Part shown: in pieces, positions 52,401-64,000 of the stretch
Position numbering within the stretch: position 1 is the stretch's first letter
Layout of the letters: each line of letters opens with the position of its first letter
Assembly (NCBI RefSeq): GCF_037042905.1
Contig: NC_087246.1
Coordinates: 9,426,001 to 9,490,000 of the forward strand
Origin: Lytechinus pictus
Taxonomy: Eukaryota
DNA: 64,000 nt
Direction: 5' to 3'
Made by a program: the position numbers and the translations under genes
Notes under the pieces: generated by a model
The model's input: only the letters and a program-made list of their open reading frames with translations
Told to the model about the DNA's origin: nothing
The model's database searches: none

Positions 52401-55400
52401 GCTAGCCCTTCCGACACTTGTCTGGCTATTACAGAGGAGTTTAAGAGGAGGGGGAGGGATGGGGGGAAAGAGGTTTCTGTGATCAGTTTGGTATTAAACC
52501 GTTTTTGGACTTGGAAAGAGTTCACTTGTCAGAAAGAGCATTGGGATGGTATTAAGGATGGTGGTTAGGGTGGATATATCATCTGTTTGGTATCACTGAT
52601 CAACCATTTTAATGTTACAAGTAATGATATCCTCTGAAGAGGCAGATATTGTCCTCTGTTTGGTATGGAAAACTTTTGGAGTTTGGTTAGGAATACAGTG
52701 GGTAGGATTAAGCTTCTATTCTAACAATTTTCAAGAATTAATGTCAGGGACCCCAGGAATGGCAGTTGGAGTGGGAGAAGAGATGCCTTACGTGTATCAA
52801 AATCCTGTATAAACTGCTTGGAGTTTTGCTGAGAAATATGAAGAAGAGGGATAGGGTAAGATGGGGGAAGTACGTGGAATTGCTATAATGTCAATCAATT
52901 ATACAGTAAAAATAAAATTAAACATTCTGTACAAATATACAACCTGTTTTACTATATGAGGTACTGTAAAGGTTTTTTAAGAGTTCAAAGAAAGTTGTAT
53001 AAAAATGATTACAAATTTAAAAGATCATTTAAGCAATATATGTTACAAATTAACTACCCATGCTACCATGGGTATTGTTACATGTATGTTATAATTCTGT
53101 TGACAAAATGAATTATACACATTTTTGCTGATTGAGAGTGGTACAGTAATTCAGCATTTACCAACCTTCAACTTACCACACACAATTTGATCTTTGGTTC
53201 AACTTGGTTACACCTTATTCCAACCTTGTTTATGATTCAAAGTGAGAATTTACCCACCTTTCATGTAGTCGTCAAGCACAGACTCTAATTTTAACTTCAT
53301 CATTTCATTCATTTTACCCATTTAGTATTCTATTGAATGAGTTACAGACAAATAAAGACATTTGATTATCACACAATATTTTCACAAATTTATATAACCG
53401 TAGTATGTATGTAAAATACTGAAAAGTAATTGTAAAACACGAAATGTAAGTAAGTTCAAAGGAACATTATAAATTGAACTTTAGGAAATAGGAATCATAT
53501 GATTAGTTGAATTTGATAAAATGAGACAATGCAAAATTGTGAAAATATCATTAGGATATTCACTTAATCTACATCATCATAAACTCTTTCAATGAAATCA
53601 TGTCATTTTTTATTATTTAACCTTTTTTCTTCAAATATTCTTATCTACAGGCTAGAGGATTTGTTTGAATACATCATTATATAGTTGAAATCAAGTTTAC
53701 ATAAAAAATTATGTTGGTAGAGAGAAAAAATGGTCAGTAATGTGAATTAGACTTGAGTATCAACTAACATTTCAATATTATAAAAGGGTAGTCGACATTG
53801 AATGTGTTTTCAGCCATTAGGGTATAAATTCAACAATTTTTTTTCATCGATTACAGTGGTATCTAACACCCTGTATTGACAATGTTTTCATTTTTGTTTT
53901 TAATACCGGTAGCAATTTGAGCATTTACTTTACAGATTTAACAATTGTTAAATTGTTAGTTACCTCCATAAAAATGCACATATTTTATTTTGATTAGGCA
54001 CTCTAAATCAAAATTATTTTGATGTAAAATTGGTGATTTAACCAATAAAATACATTTTTTATATCCTTCACATTATATTTACTATATTGATTATTTTATG
54101 GATTATTTTGTAAATTTTATGTTTTGAATGCAGAAATAAAAGAAAACAAATCAAGAAATAATCGAACCATAATGCACTTTTGTGGAATTTACAAAAAACT
54201 AGAGATAGTCTTTAGAAAGGATTCCAGTGTAAATTTTTATTGGGAGTTTTTTTTCTCCAGGTTTGCTTGCCTTTATGTTTTGGCCATACGTAACCAAGGC
54301 ACCATCATGATCTTCTATTAGACAGTACAAAATAAAGAGTAGGAAAATGGATGTTTTTTGCAATTTGTTTTCAAATACAAATATTTGAATAGGCATATTT
54401 AAGGTTTACATTATCATTCTCATTTTGAAATTGACAAAATGACTAATTTGAACTTGTCTCATCTTCATGGAAGGATGGTCTCTGCATTATTTTTTGTCAG
54501 TTGGTGGGCCATGGAAGAATTATTGTATTTGAACCTCAATCCTCATGCTAAGAATATGATCTAATGTATTACTATATGACCGTCAGAATTATCTGTCATT
54601 CTAAGCTTTAATCCAGTGTATCACAGTATCATGTATGAGAAATCCCAGTGAGAATTAATGGACAAAATGCCTGCTGTATTGATTTAATTCCTATCATTAG
54701 AAGCTATCAAATATCTAATCTTTTGTCAGGAATTCCACAAGATCACACCCGTGAGAGAATGGATGAGGTTGTTGCATAGGACGGGTTTTCCCGCTGCGTT
54801 GTATTCATCCCTAGTAACGCGATAAATAACGTTTAAAAACCACCGGCTTTGGCTGGAATTGACCCAAGGCTTGTGGAAGCGACAGGCGAGTGTCACTTCT
54901 CTCCCCGTACAATGCCAAGGCAGACTCAAGGTCGTAGTGGTCTGTGGTTTATTCACGCTGTCCTGACAACCGAACTGGCCGCTGCCTCCAGCAGTCATTT
55001 TAATCACTATGACATCAGACCCAACAATACTGAGAGGGGGATGGAAAGGAGGGGGAATGATGGGATAGATGGGCGGAGACCTTAGGGAGGAAGAAAACGG
55101 GAGGGAAAGGTGAAAGTGGGTGTGTTAGCAGGAGGAGGGGCCAAAGATTGCATGAATGGGAAGATGAGACAGAAGAGAGGGAAAGGGAGATAGAGGGGAG
55201 TTGTGGGAGGGGGAGGTCAATAAAAGACAAAAAAATAAGAGGAGTAAAGAAGATAACAAATAGGAATGAAAGGTACTTTGGGAAAGAAGATAAAGGAATT
55301 GAAAACGGAAAAGAATGATAGAGGCTTTAGAGGAGAAGGAAACAGAAGCAAGGGAAGTAAGTTCATGGAGGGGAAGGAGAGGAAGAAGAATAGGACTTTG

Positions 55401-55413
55401 GACTTTGGATTAA

Positions 55414-56013
55414 AGGTCAAGTCCACCCCAGAAAATTGTTGATTTGAATCGATAGAGAAAAATCAAACAAACATAACGCTACAAATTTCATCTGAATCGG
55501 ATGTAAAATAAGAAAGTTATGATGTTTTGAAATTTCGCTTATTTTTCACAAAACAGTTGAATGCCCAACTAAGCGATATGCAAATGAGAGTTGATGATGT
55601 CCCTCACTCACTATTTCTTTTGTTTTTTATTGTTTGAATTTTACAATATTTCAATTTTTACAGATTTGACAAGGAGGACCAACTTGACTTAACCAAAAGT
55701 GTTAAAATAATGGTAGCTCCACATGTTCAGGAAAGAATAAAATTTAGTTTCACATGACAATGAGGAGAAAATTAGAATTTTTCATATTTCATATAATAAA
55801 ATACAAAGGAAATAGTGAGTGGGTGATGTCATCAGTCTGCCAATTTGCATACCGACCAGGATGTGAATATAACCATTTTGTGAAATTAAGCTAAACTTTA
55901 AAATGTCATAACTTTCTTATTTTACATCCGATTTTGATGAAATTTTCAGTGTTTTGCTTGTAGGATTTTCTCTTGTTATTAAAATTAACTTTTTGTTGGG
56001 GTGGACTTGTCCT
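55414..56013. mobile_element. Kolobok-like TTAA MITE, family K1
   Basis: TTAA|AGGTCAAGTCCACCCC...GGGGTGGACTTGTCCT|TTAA. Confidence 0.9.
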
Positions 56014-57349
56014 TTAATAAATAATCTTTGTATACATTTATTTTTCAAATTACTATGATGATTTGGGCATGCCTTTTATCCAGTTCACATGTACAATTAA
56101 AAGTTTTTGCCAACTGTTAAACACTACCGATATCGTTCGTTCCCTACATAATTATGATTGGCTAAGAGCAAAGTGATCTTTGAAAATCAGTGACAAAGCA
56201 GGGCCAGGGTTCTTGATTCCAGGTATGTGTTATGTTGGTTACATCAACTGTTATGATATTCTTCGCAACAAGTGTCTATTATTAGTCAAAAGATGAAAGA
56301 GATAGTCATAACGGTGAAATGTTTCTAAAGAAAATCAATGAGGAGTGGCAAGCTGTTGTTCCAACCAATAAAATATGTATTGAATAGGATTATTGTGGCG
56401 ACAGGTAGCACATTTGTTAAAAAGATCTTCCCATTTTGTAAATTGTGTCCTTTTCCAGAAAGCCTCATGAATCTTAGTATTCAGAAAAAACACAAGTTAT
56501 GTTTTATTGGGGTGAGTTTGATCATTTTTTAAATGATTTTATTAGATATTCGCTATCTGGAAACTGGAGATTTCAAATGCATATTTTATGAGGTAAATCC
56601 ACATATCTCCAACTTCTACTCTTTGTCTGTATTCTTCATCCAGATACACATGATAGCTGTTATAGAACAGTTTTAAGAGTGCACTATGAAATTCTCTTTA
56701 TTCATACATTACCCCTGTTTTTCTCTTTATGCCATACATTATAAAGGAAACACAGCTACATTGCATTGGTATAATGCCTTTACAACAGATGCAGATAGGG
56801 GGCATATTGGAGAATCTTTTGAAACTTAAATGTAATTTCATTGCATGGAAGGACCGTGAAGGACATATGTGCATTTGATGATCATGTCGTCTCTCTTTAT
56901 CACTGTATTAATCAGGATTAAAAAGCTGAGAAAGACAGCCTATTTGTTCATATAATAAACTGATTTTGTGCCATGGGGTTAAGATAGATTATTAATCTTT
57001 TACATAAAAAAAAGTTTATTTTCTCTTTCTTTTTATTCATTTTTAAGGGGAGGGGTCAGTATGGACACAGTATAAAAGATATTAATACTATTGCTGTACT
57101 TTAAACAACAGTAACTATAAAGTCTGTCTAAAGCTTTGGTAAAAGGGTCAGTAATGTAAATGTATATACTTATTCATCTAAAATTCCAATATTACAAAAG
57201 TGTAGTGGTCATTGGATGCTTTTTAGCTGTTATAATTCGATTTTTGGCATCTTTTCAGCCATTGAAATTGAAATATGCCATTTTGTGCTCTCTATAAGCC
57301 CTTTGAATTAAAGATGGTATCATTATAAGCTGCATAATTAGTCTGTTTT

Positions 57350-58610
57350 ATGCCCCCCCCTCTCTGTTCTTTATACCTCCTCTCAGTTTAATTATCTTTA
57401 GTCAACTAAACTACCACTCTTTTGATGTTGAGTTTAATTTCTTTCTTTTCCTTGACTTATTCTCCATGCATGACTCCATGTGCCTTCTGTACCACCTCCC
57501 TCTTCCCTCAGGATGGCCTCCACCTGCAACCACCTATAAATTGTACACTTCTCTCCCACCCACCATATATTTCCCCCCTTCATATGTCCCCTTTTTATGT
57601 GTGTTTATCTCCGATATCAGCATTTAGATATGAGATACACTCATTAGAATCAACTTATCCACACAGCTTCCCCTTCCCAAGCCTTTTACTCCCCAATCTT
57701 CCCTTCCTGTGTGATTCCTATTCCTCCTACAGTCTTCATGTTTGTATCCATCTTCCACCTCGAAACCATTACTTTCATATCTCTACTGTACCTCTCATCA
57801 TCCTTGCATCTCCCTTTTCTACAATCACTTGTTACTACATTTCTAACTGCAATTTCCTTTTCTGACCCTTTCTATACCATTTCCACCCTCTGTGTTATTC
57901 TTCTTCCCTAACCTATTTCTCCTTTCTCCCACCATGTCCCCGTTGATCTATTTAATCATCTTAACCTCCTTCCCATGATGCCTTGCATATCCAAGTAAAA
58001 ACTTATTCTTTCTCCCCTCCATTGCCCAATCTCATTCCTTCTTTTGCTGAATATATATCTTTAACCCATTGGAGACCAAGGCTGTGTAGTCTATGGAAAC
58101 CATGTGTCATAGGAAAATCATTCGCTTACCAGCAGCTTAAAACATTCCATCCATCCCTCTGCAAAGCTTCGAAATCTGTACTACTACTAGCTGACTTCTT
58201 CATGTTCCCCCTTCTCTCATCCCCTTATCTATCACTGTCTCCCACCAATGCCTGTAAAGATCTCCCCTCTCTGCATTCTTTCTCCTTTCTTCTGTCTCTT
58301 GTGTCATCCTCCCCTTTCCCTTCCACTTTACCATCTCTCCCCCTTCTCTTCTTATTAACTCCACACCAGTTTTACTTCTATTTAAAAATCACTCTAATGC
58401 TCTTTCACTCTCCCTTCACTTGCTGCTGTCCCCTTCCCCTTGTATTCCATCATCTTCATCTTCTCTCCATCTCTTCCATCTCTTTCCCCTTCCCTTCCCC
58501 CTTTTCACCCACCGTTTCTCTTCTCCCATATGTGTCCTCTCCTCATCATCTCCCCCTTCCCTCAACACACCACCACTTTCCCCAGCATGCATCTTTTTCT
58601 CTCTTCGACA
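57350..58610. repeat. Pyrimidine-rich low-complexity region
   Basis: Strong C/T skew on the plus strand; ORFs here are S/P/L/F-biased. Confidence 0.7.
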
Positions 58611-61600
58611 GGCGCATGAAAGACAATTTAGTGGCCGAGTATCGCGTATACCACACCTGATACCCCATCCTCAGTAGCGTCACGGTCCCACCAGGGCGAT
58701 CAAGTCTCAGGCCTCGCACTCATTATGCCCCAGCGCCACTGTGGCCGCTGTCTTAACTTACACGAACATTTCCTAGATCTTGGCAAATTACTGGGAACAT
58801 AATAGGCCTTGGCTAACCAGCGGACCTGGCTGAGGGGTAACTCTGCCCGTGTTTACTTGCAACAGAAAAAAATTCCATAGTTTTCCCCATCCCAATACAG
58901 CCTTGCCTGAAGTTTCTTGCTCTTTATAGTTTTGAAGATTGGCAGTTTTTTTCATAACACCTGTTTTCCATAGGATCTTTCGTTCTATCTCTTTATTTTT
59001 ATTACAAGAAGTAGGGCAAATTTAACTCTGATAAATCATCAGCCATTGTGAAGAAGATAAGATATTCTGGAAGAATTGTCTCCAATACACACCTACAGTA
59101 CATGTGTCTTTGTACCCAAAACTTTGTTTGATTTCATGTTATCAGTGCAAAAATCGCTTCATAGTCATTTGATCGTTTAATAGTTATATAAATGTGTCGG
59201 TAATCTATTGTTGACAGGATCACAAAAAACACCATTTTTAATTCAGGAATTATGAAGTAAACTGATGTTAATTACCATGATTCTGAAAGAAGAAAACGGA
59301 AGAACATGATTCAAGCGGAAGCATCTATGATAGGTGTACATATGATCCAGCTACAAGTAGAACTTTTCTCCAAGATCAGCAAACATTTTTATTGCAGGAC
59401 GCTTGCTTGACAGTGTCTTGAGACAGGAGTGATTGAAAAGAGCTCCCTCTGGAGTTTTGTAAGCACCAGTGAGATGGAGATAAAGAAGAAAAAAAATTTG
59501 AAGGGACCAGGATTCATAGTCAATTAATTTCAAATTAAAGCTTGTAGGTTGAACTATAGTTTGTACTGTTAGAAATCATGTAGAACTGTCCACAATAGGT
59601 GATTTCTGTATTTTTTATACTTTAGATGGGAGCAAGATTTGTATTACAAATATCAACTTAATTCATCTATACTTATTAAAGTTGGGACCGATAATGATTG
59701 CATCAGTGAAGAGATTATAATTCACCTCACACTTTACAGTTTGATAACGAATTTGTTAATTGTAATGTTAACATAAATCCCCCCAGTTTCCTTAGGTGTC
59801 ATAAAAGCCGGTAGAACTCTTGGGAGACACATGTACAGGCATCTCGTTCTCAATCCCCCGTTTCCAAAATATCATATTGATATTTAGCTTACAGAAATGC
59901 ATGAAAAACAGTGTTGCAGTGGGAGAAAAAGTATGTAAAAGAGGTAACAAAAGATGGCTCTTATCACTTGGTTTATGTTCAGCTATAGACTTTAAAGGAT
60001 GGGTAGATATATCTTGTTTGAAACCACTTGAAGTATCAGTGAAATATGAAGGAGTAGATGAGAGGGAGGGAGGGGAGTGAGAGAGGGGAAAGATGGGTGG
60101 AGAGAGGAAAATAGTTTCCAATCCAGTCAACGACCTCAAAGAATCTGTGTTGAGTTTGATGATGGTTCGGTGTAAGTCGAGCATGGAACGTGATTATGTT
60201 AGCCCGGAAAGCCGACCCGATCGCAGCATCAAATACTCGTTCACTCTTTTAGACCTTTGTAATGAGGAAGGGAACCTTAAACTCCATCCCACTGCAACAG
60301 ATATCACAAAATTTTCTTCATCATTTCACAAAAAAGGGTCTTCATCGTCTTTATGCTCTTCATCTTGCCCGCTCGTTAATGTTTCAAGTCAGAGTCGGCT
60401 TGGATGTGCGACCGGGGCAAGGGATATTCCTCCCTCGAGGGGGGAAGGAAGAAGACGCCCGGATCCCATCTCCTAAATCAGTTGCGGGGGAAAAGTCACA
60501 GATAGTCGAATTTGTTCATAAATAAAAAGGAAAACGATATGCGCAACCCAACTTGCGGATACCCATCCCCTGTGTCTTGTGTCGTGTAATTGCCATTGCC
60601 GAGGAAGGAATCGCTCCCCGAAGGGTATCGCGTGATCCCGCGCGGACTCGCCCAGGGCCGGGCATTGACTTATAAACATAGCTGGGGTGGAAAAATTTTG
60701 TGCAGAAAATATCTTCTGTCATCCCCCCGTATTCAGCACAAGACCCTAATTGCGAAATAGGAAATTGATTGATCATATCTTTCTTGAAAAATGAAGTAAT
60801 AAACAAAGTGATTTTTTCAATTCAAAATGAGTCAATCAGTGGATTTCAGAGTCGAGAATCAAATTATGTGCCATGCATGCCTCAATAATATAGTTTGAAT
60901 GGAAAACATAGCTACCCAGAATATGGGTATATTTTCCCTCTTTAAATCATTAATATCAATAATTAGATTTTCGTTGATTTTTCTTCTTCGAGAATTGACT
61001 CTATGAGATCGGTCTTTTCAAGTAAAAAACTTCCTTTCTAACATGCCTTTTGTTTCCTTGTTTCAATTTCTCTTTGTAGCTTGTCAATTCTAATTTTGAA
61101 AATCAAATGGATTTTCACCTGTCAAATGGAAACCAATAGTCATCTAACCGTTACAATTATGGGACTTTTTTTCTGCAATTGTGCAGTATCACATGAAAAT
61201 ACAATATGCATTTTTCGTTTGTCCCCGTACTTGCTTACATATCTTTTTTGAACAATGATATGGTGTTTACTGCCCATTTTCAATGAAACTCTAACAAGAA
61301 TCCTCCGTTTGAAGCCAGAAATTGAATTAACGAGTGTTACAGTGATATCGAGTTAAAGGAAAAGAAGTGGAGCTAAGCTACCTTGCCCCCTTAAGCGGTT
61401 AAGATACTCATGTTAAGGAATTAGCGGGCTAATTATGCTCTGTTTTCAGATCAACTCAATTCATCTCTAAAAACCTGTCAGGGGTTCTCTGTTTCATGCC
61501 CATTTAGTACACTTAACAGACAATAATCGTTGTTTCTTGTTGCGGAGTGTTATCAAATTTCTACTGCAGTTATATTGCTGATATTGCAAATCAAACACTT

Positions 61601-62019
61601 GATACTTATAATGAACCACTCTATTAGATTGAACTCTATAATTGATATGAAGCAGTTTAATCATAAGAAATTGAAGTGATGAATTCTTCACAAATATTTG
61701 ACATTAGTAAATTGCTTCCATGTATTGGCCCACATACTTTTAGTTACATTCCCAGAGCATTGGGAAATCTGGAGGTGTTTCTTTTCATGAAGTTACCAAC
61801 AACTTTTTGAATGAATGGAGAATTACAATTCAGAGGCAAGTTGGTAAATTACTTTTAACCATGTTGGTATAGTTGAAATTTATTGATGTTCATTATTTTA
61901 GTATATTAAGGGTAAAAGGAGACATTTTGTAATTTTATTTGAATTTTACTTATACTTTGTTTACATATCAAGACGAACTTTGGTTTCATTATTTTGGCAC
62001 TATTGATTGATTGATTTAA

Positions 62020-62330
62020 TCATGGACAAGTCATATCAGCCCCCCAAAGTTTTATTCAGCAAGCCCATGTTACATATATATGTAAAAACAAACTTTATAT
62101 TCAAGTCATTTGTAAAATAAAGGTATCACAAACACCCTATTTGATCATTAAAGATTACTTAGCCAATGCTCCACACTTACTTTTTATTGGCGGCCCTAAA
62201 ACAATAGAAAATATTACAAATTTGGTAGCCCAACTGTGCCACCAAGAGTTGACTTGTACAGAATTTTGGTGGCCCCATTCTAATTTTTGGTTGCCCCAGG
62301 CCACCGGGCCACTGCTAATGTCGAGCCCTG
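62020..62330. mobile_element. hAT-like right-end fragment related to 7143-9254
   Basis: Ends GCTAATGTCGAGCCCTG, compared with GCTAGTGTCGAGCCCTG at 9254; left boundary approximate. Confidence 0.55.
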
Positions 62331-62366
62331 CCTTAGCATACAACTACAAAAGCTTGTAATTGTGCA

Positions 62367-62575
62367 GGTTCCATGACATTTGCTCCGGTGCTCTGATGGA
62401 AAATCTGCACGTTGAGCCAAACATAAAACCTAACCTCCAAAACTATCAAATAAACCCTAATCGTTATCTTTACATTATTCTGAAATAAAACTCCATTACA
62501 ATCCTAACTCTAACCCTATGCCTTCTGAGATATCAAGGCTGGAGCAAATGTTGCAGGAGCAAATGCTGTGTCACC
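62367..62575. mobile_element. Small MITE with AACCCTAA-like internal repeats
   Basis: GGTTCCATGACATTTGCTCC / GGAGCAAATGCTGTGTCACC imperfect TIR. Confidence 0.6.
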
Positions 62576-63074
62576 ATTGTACATGCATGTCTTGAAACGC
62601 GAAGAGCTAAAAAATAATGACATTTACTTTTATCCAGGTATGGTAGATGAATTGTTAGAACTGTGCACCATTATTAGTTCATCTTCTAAATATTTAATTT
62701 CAGAGTATCTTACTATTTTTCCCTCAATTTTTTTTTTTTTTTGGGGGGGGGGAATAGGTGAGTACAATAAACAAAGTTTATATAGCAAAATATTCAGAAT
62801 AATTTCAACATTCACATGTATGAATGTGTTATATTTGCAGTAGGATCTAACTACACATGCAGGTATGATGTTATGAAAAATAATGAATGTAAAGAAGTCT
62901 TGACTTACGGCTAAAGTGCATAAAGGGAGAGAGATGTGAGGTCAACATGTTTTGCATTCTATGTATGTAGTTATATGATATCATATTCCACCTTCAATTT
63001 ATCATACCTGAAATACCAAGTGGTGAATTTCACTAGTTGTTGATAGTCTTGGCTCTTAATATATTCCTAGCAGA

Positions 63075-63225
63075 ATTGGAAAAGAAAGAAGGGGAAGGGG
63101 AAGTGAGAAAGAGAAAGAAAAACAGAAAGAGAGAGAGAGAGAAAGAGTAAAGAGAAAGGGAAAGAGAAAGAGAAAGGAAGAAAGAAGAGGGAATTAAATA
63201 GAGTTGAGAAGGAAAGGGAAGATAG
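63075..63225. repeat. GA-rich simple repeat
   Basis: Direct reading. Confidence 0.85.
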
Positions 63226-64000
63226 TTACAGTAAGGTAATGTTCAACACATATAATGAGTAATTGGTCAAGTCCGCCCGATTAAGTGGTTGAGTGGAGAA
63301 AAGTCAAATATAATTTTGAAAATTTGGTCAAAATCAGGTGTAAAATAAATATTTATTAATAAGTTTGAAATGTCTCATTTGACCAGTTTATCAGCATTAT
63401 GTAAGTACAACATTTCAAGATATTCCAGAGAATTGGAAAGTATTTCATAATATAAGCTTATGAAACTCTTGCATCTGATTGGCTAAAAGCACATTTGTAA
63501 ATGAAAATTGATGACAAGATGCTCCATGAAATTTTCTCCATGAGTTATCTCTCGTCAATTGAGGCTACTTAAAATGTATCTTAATAGTCTGTCATTCTTC
63601 AGGAGAAAATATCCATCTCAAACTGTGAAGATAGTGTTGTATGGAGATGAATTATTATATGCAGGCCGTTTGCACACAAGTGTAGAAATTGAAACCACAT
63701 TATCCTCAAATTATGCAATTATTAAAAGTACTTTTGAAAGGTGGGAGTTCGTGCACCGAGACACAGGTCACTTTTTATTATTTGGAATCGACCAAAATAA
63801 TTTGTCCCATAGGTTCAATCGTGATCAGTTTTGGAGGCTGCTTGTACAAATGGGGACATTAAAAATTGTATTAAAGTCTTAAGACGTTAAAAAGGCCCTT
63901 CGAACAAAAATGTTGTAGATTTAGTTCTGTTCATTCTAAAAGCTCAAGACGATGGTCAATTAAATCCATACTTAGGATCGATGCTTTGGTGAAAATATAT

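Noticed and set aside
57422..58677. ORFs of 147 and 225 aa
   Set aside because: Compositional artefacts of the pyrimidine-rich tract.
62425..62520. Interstitial telomeric repeat
   Set aside because: Only scattered AACCCTAA-like motifs inside a MITE, not a tandem (TTAGGG)n array.
63559..63882. 107-aa ORF with a possible exon at about 63603-63740
   Set aside because: No recognisable homology, weak donor, phase 2 does not fit the phase-1 first exons, and it lies next to repeat fragments.

Overview
AT-rich, intron-rich animal genomic DNA; the repeat landscape resembles a sea urchin or other marine invertebrate (inference, not proven). There are no operons, CRISPR arrays, rRNA or recognisable tRNA genes. 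The one identifiable gene is the 5' part of mitochondrial ribosomal protein L44 (MRPL44/mL44) on the minus strand: three phase-consistent exons at 18580-18670, 4603-4723 and 3733-3920, with the rest left of the window. A second, unidentified gene starts divergently on the plus strand (first coding exon 27053-27107) and appears to have a very long intronic region containing several candidate alternative first exons. Most of the remainder is non-autonomous DNA transposons identified from terminal inverted repeats (TIRs) and target-site duplications (TSDs): hAT, PIF/Harbinger, TTAA-specific Kolobok-like, pogo-like, EnSpm-like and a Sola2-like foldback. Many are nested, especially in the 13.9-kb MRPL44 intron 1, and two TGACCT-rich tandem arrays act as hosts. 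Nearly all other ORFs in the track are spurious. I found no convincing new protein-coding system; the notable observations are structural.
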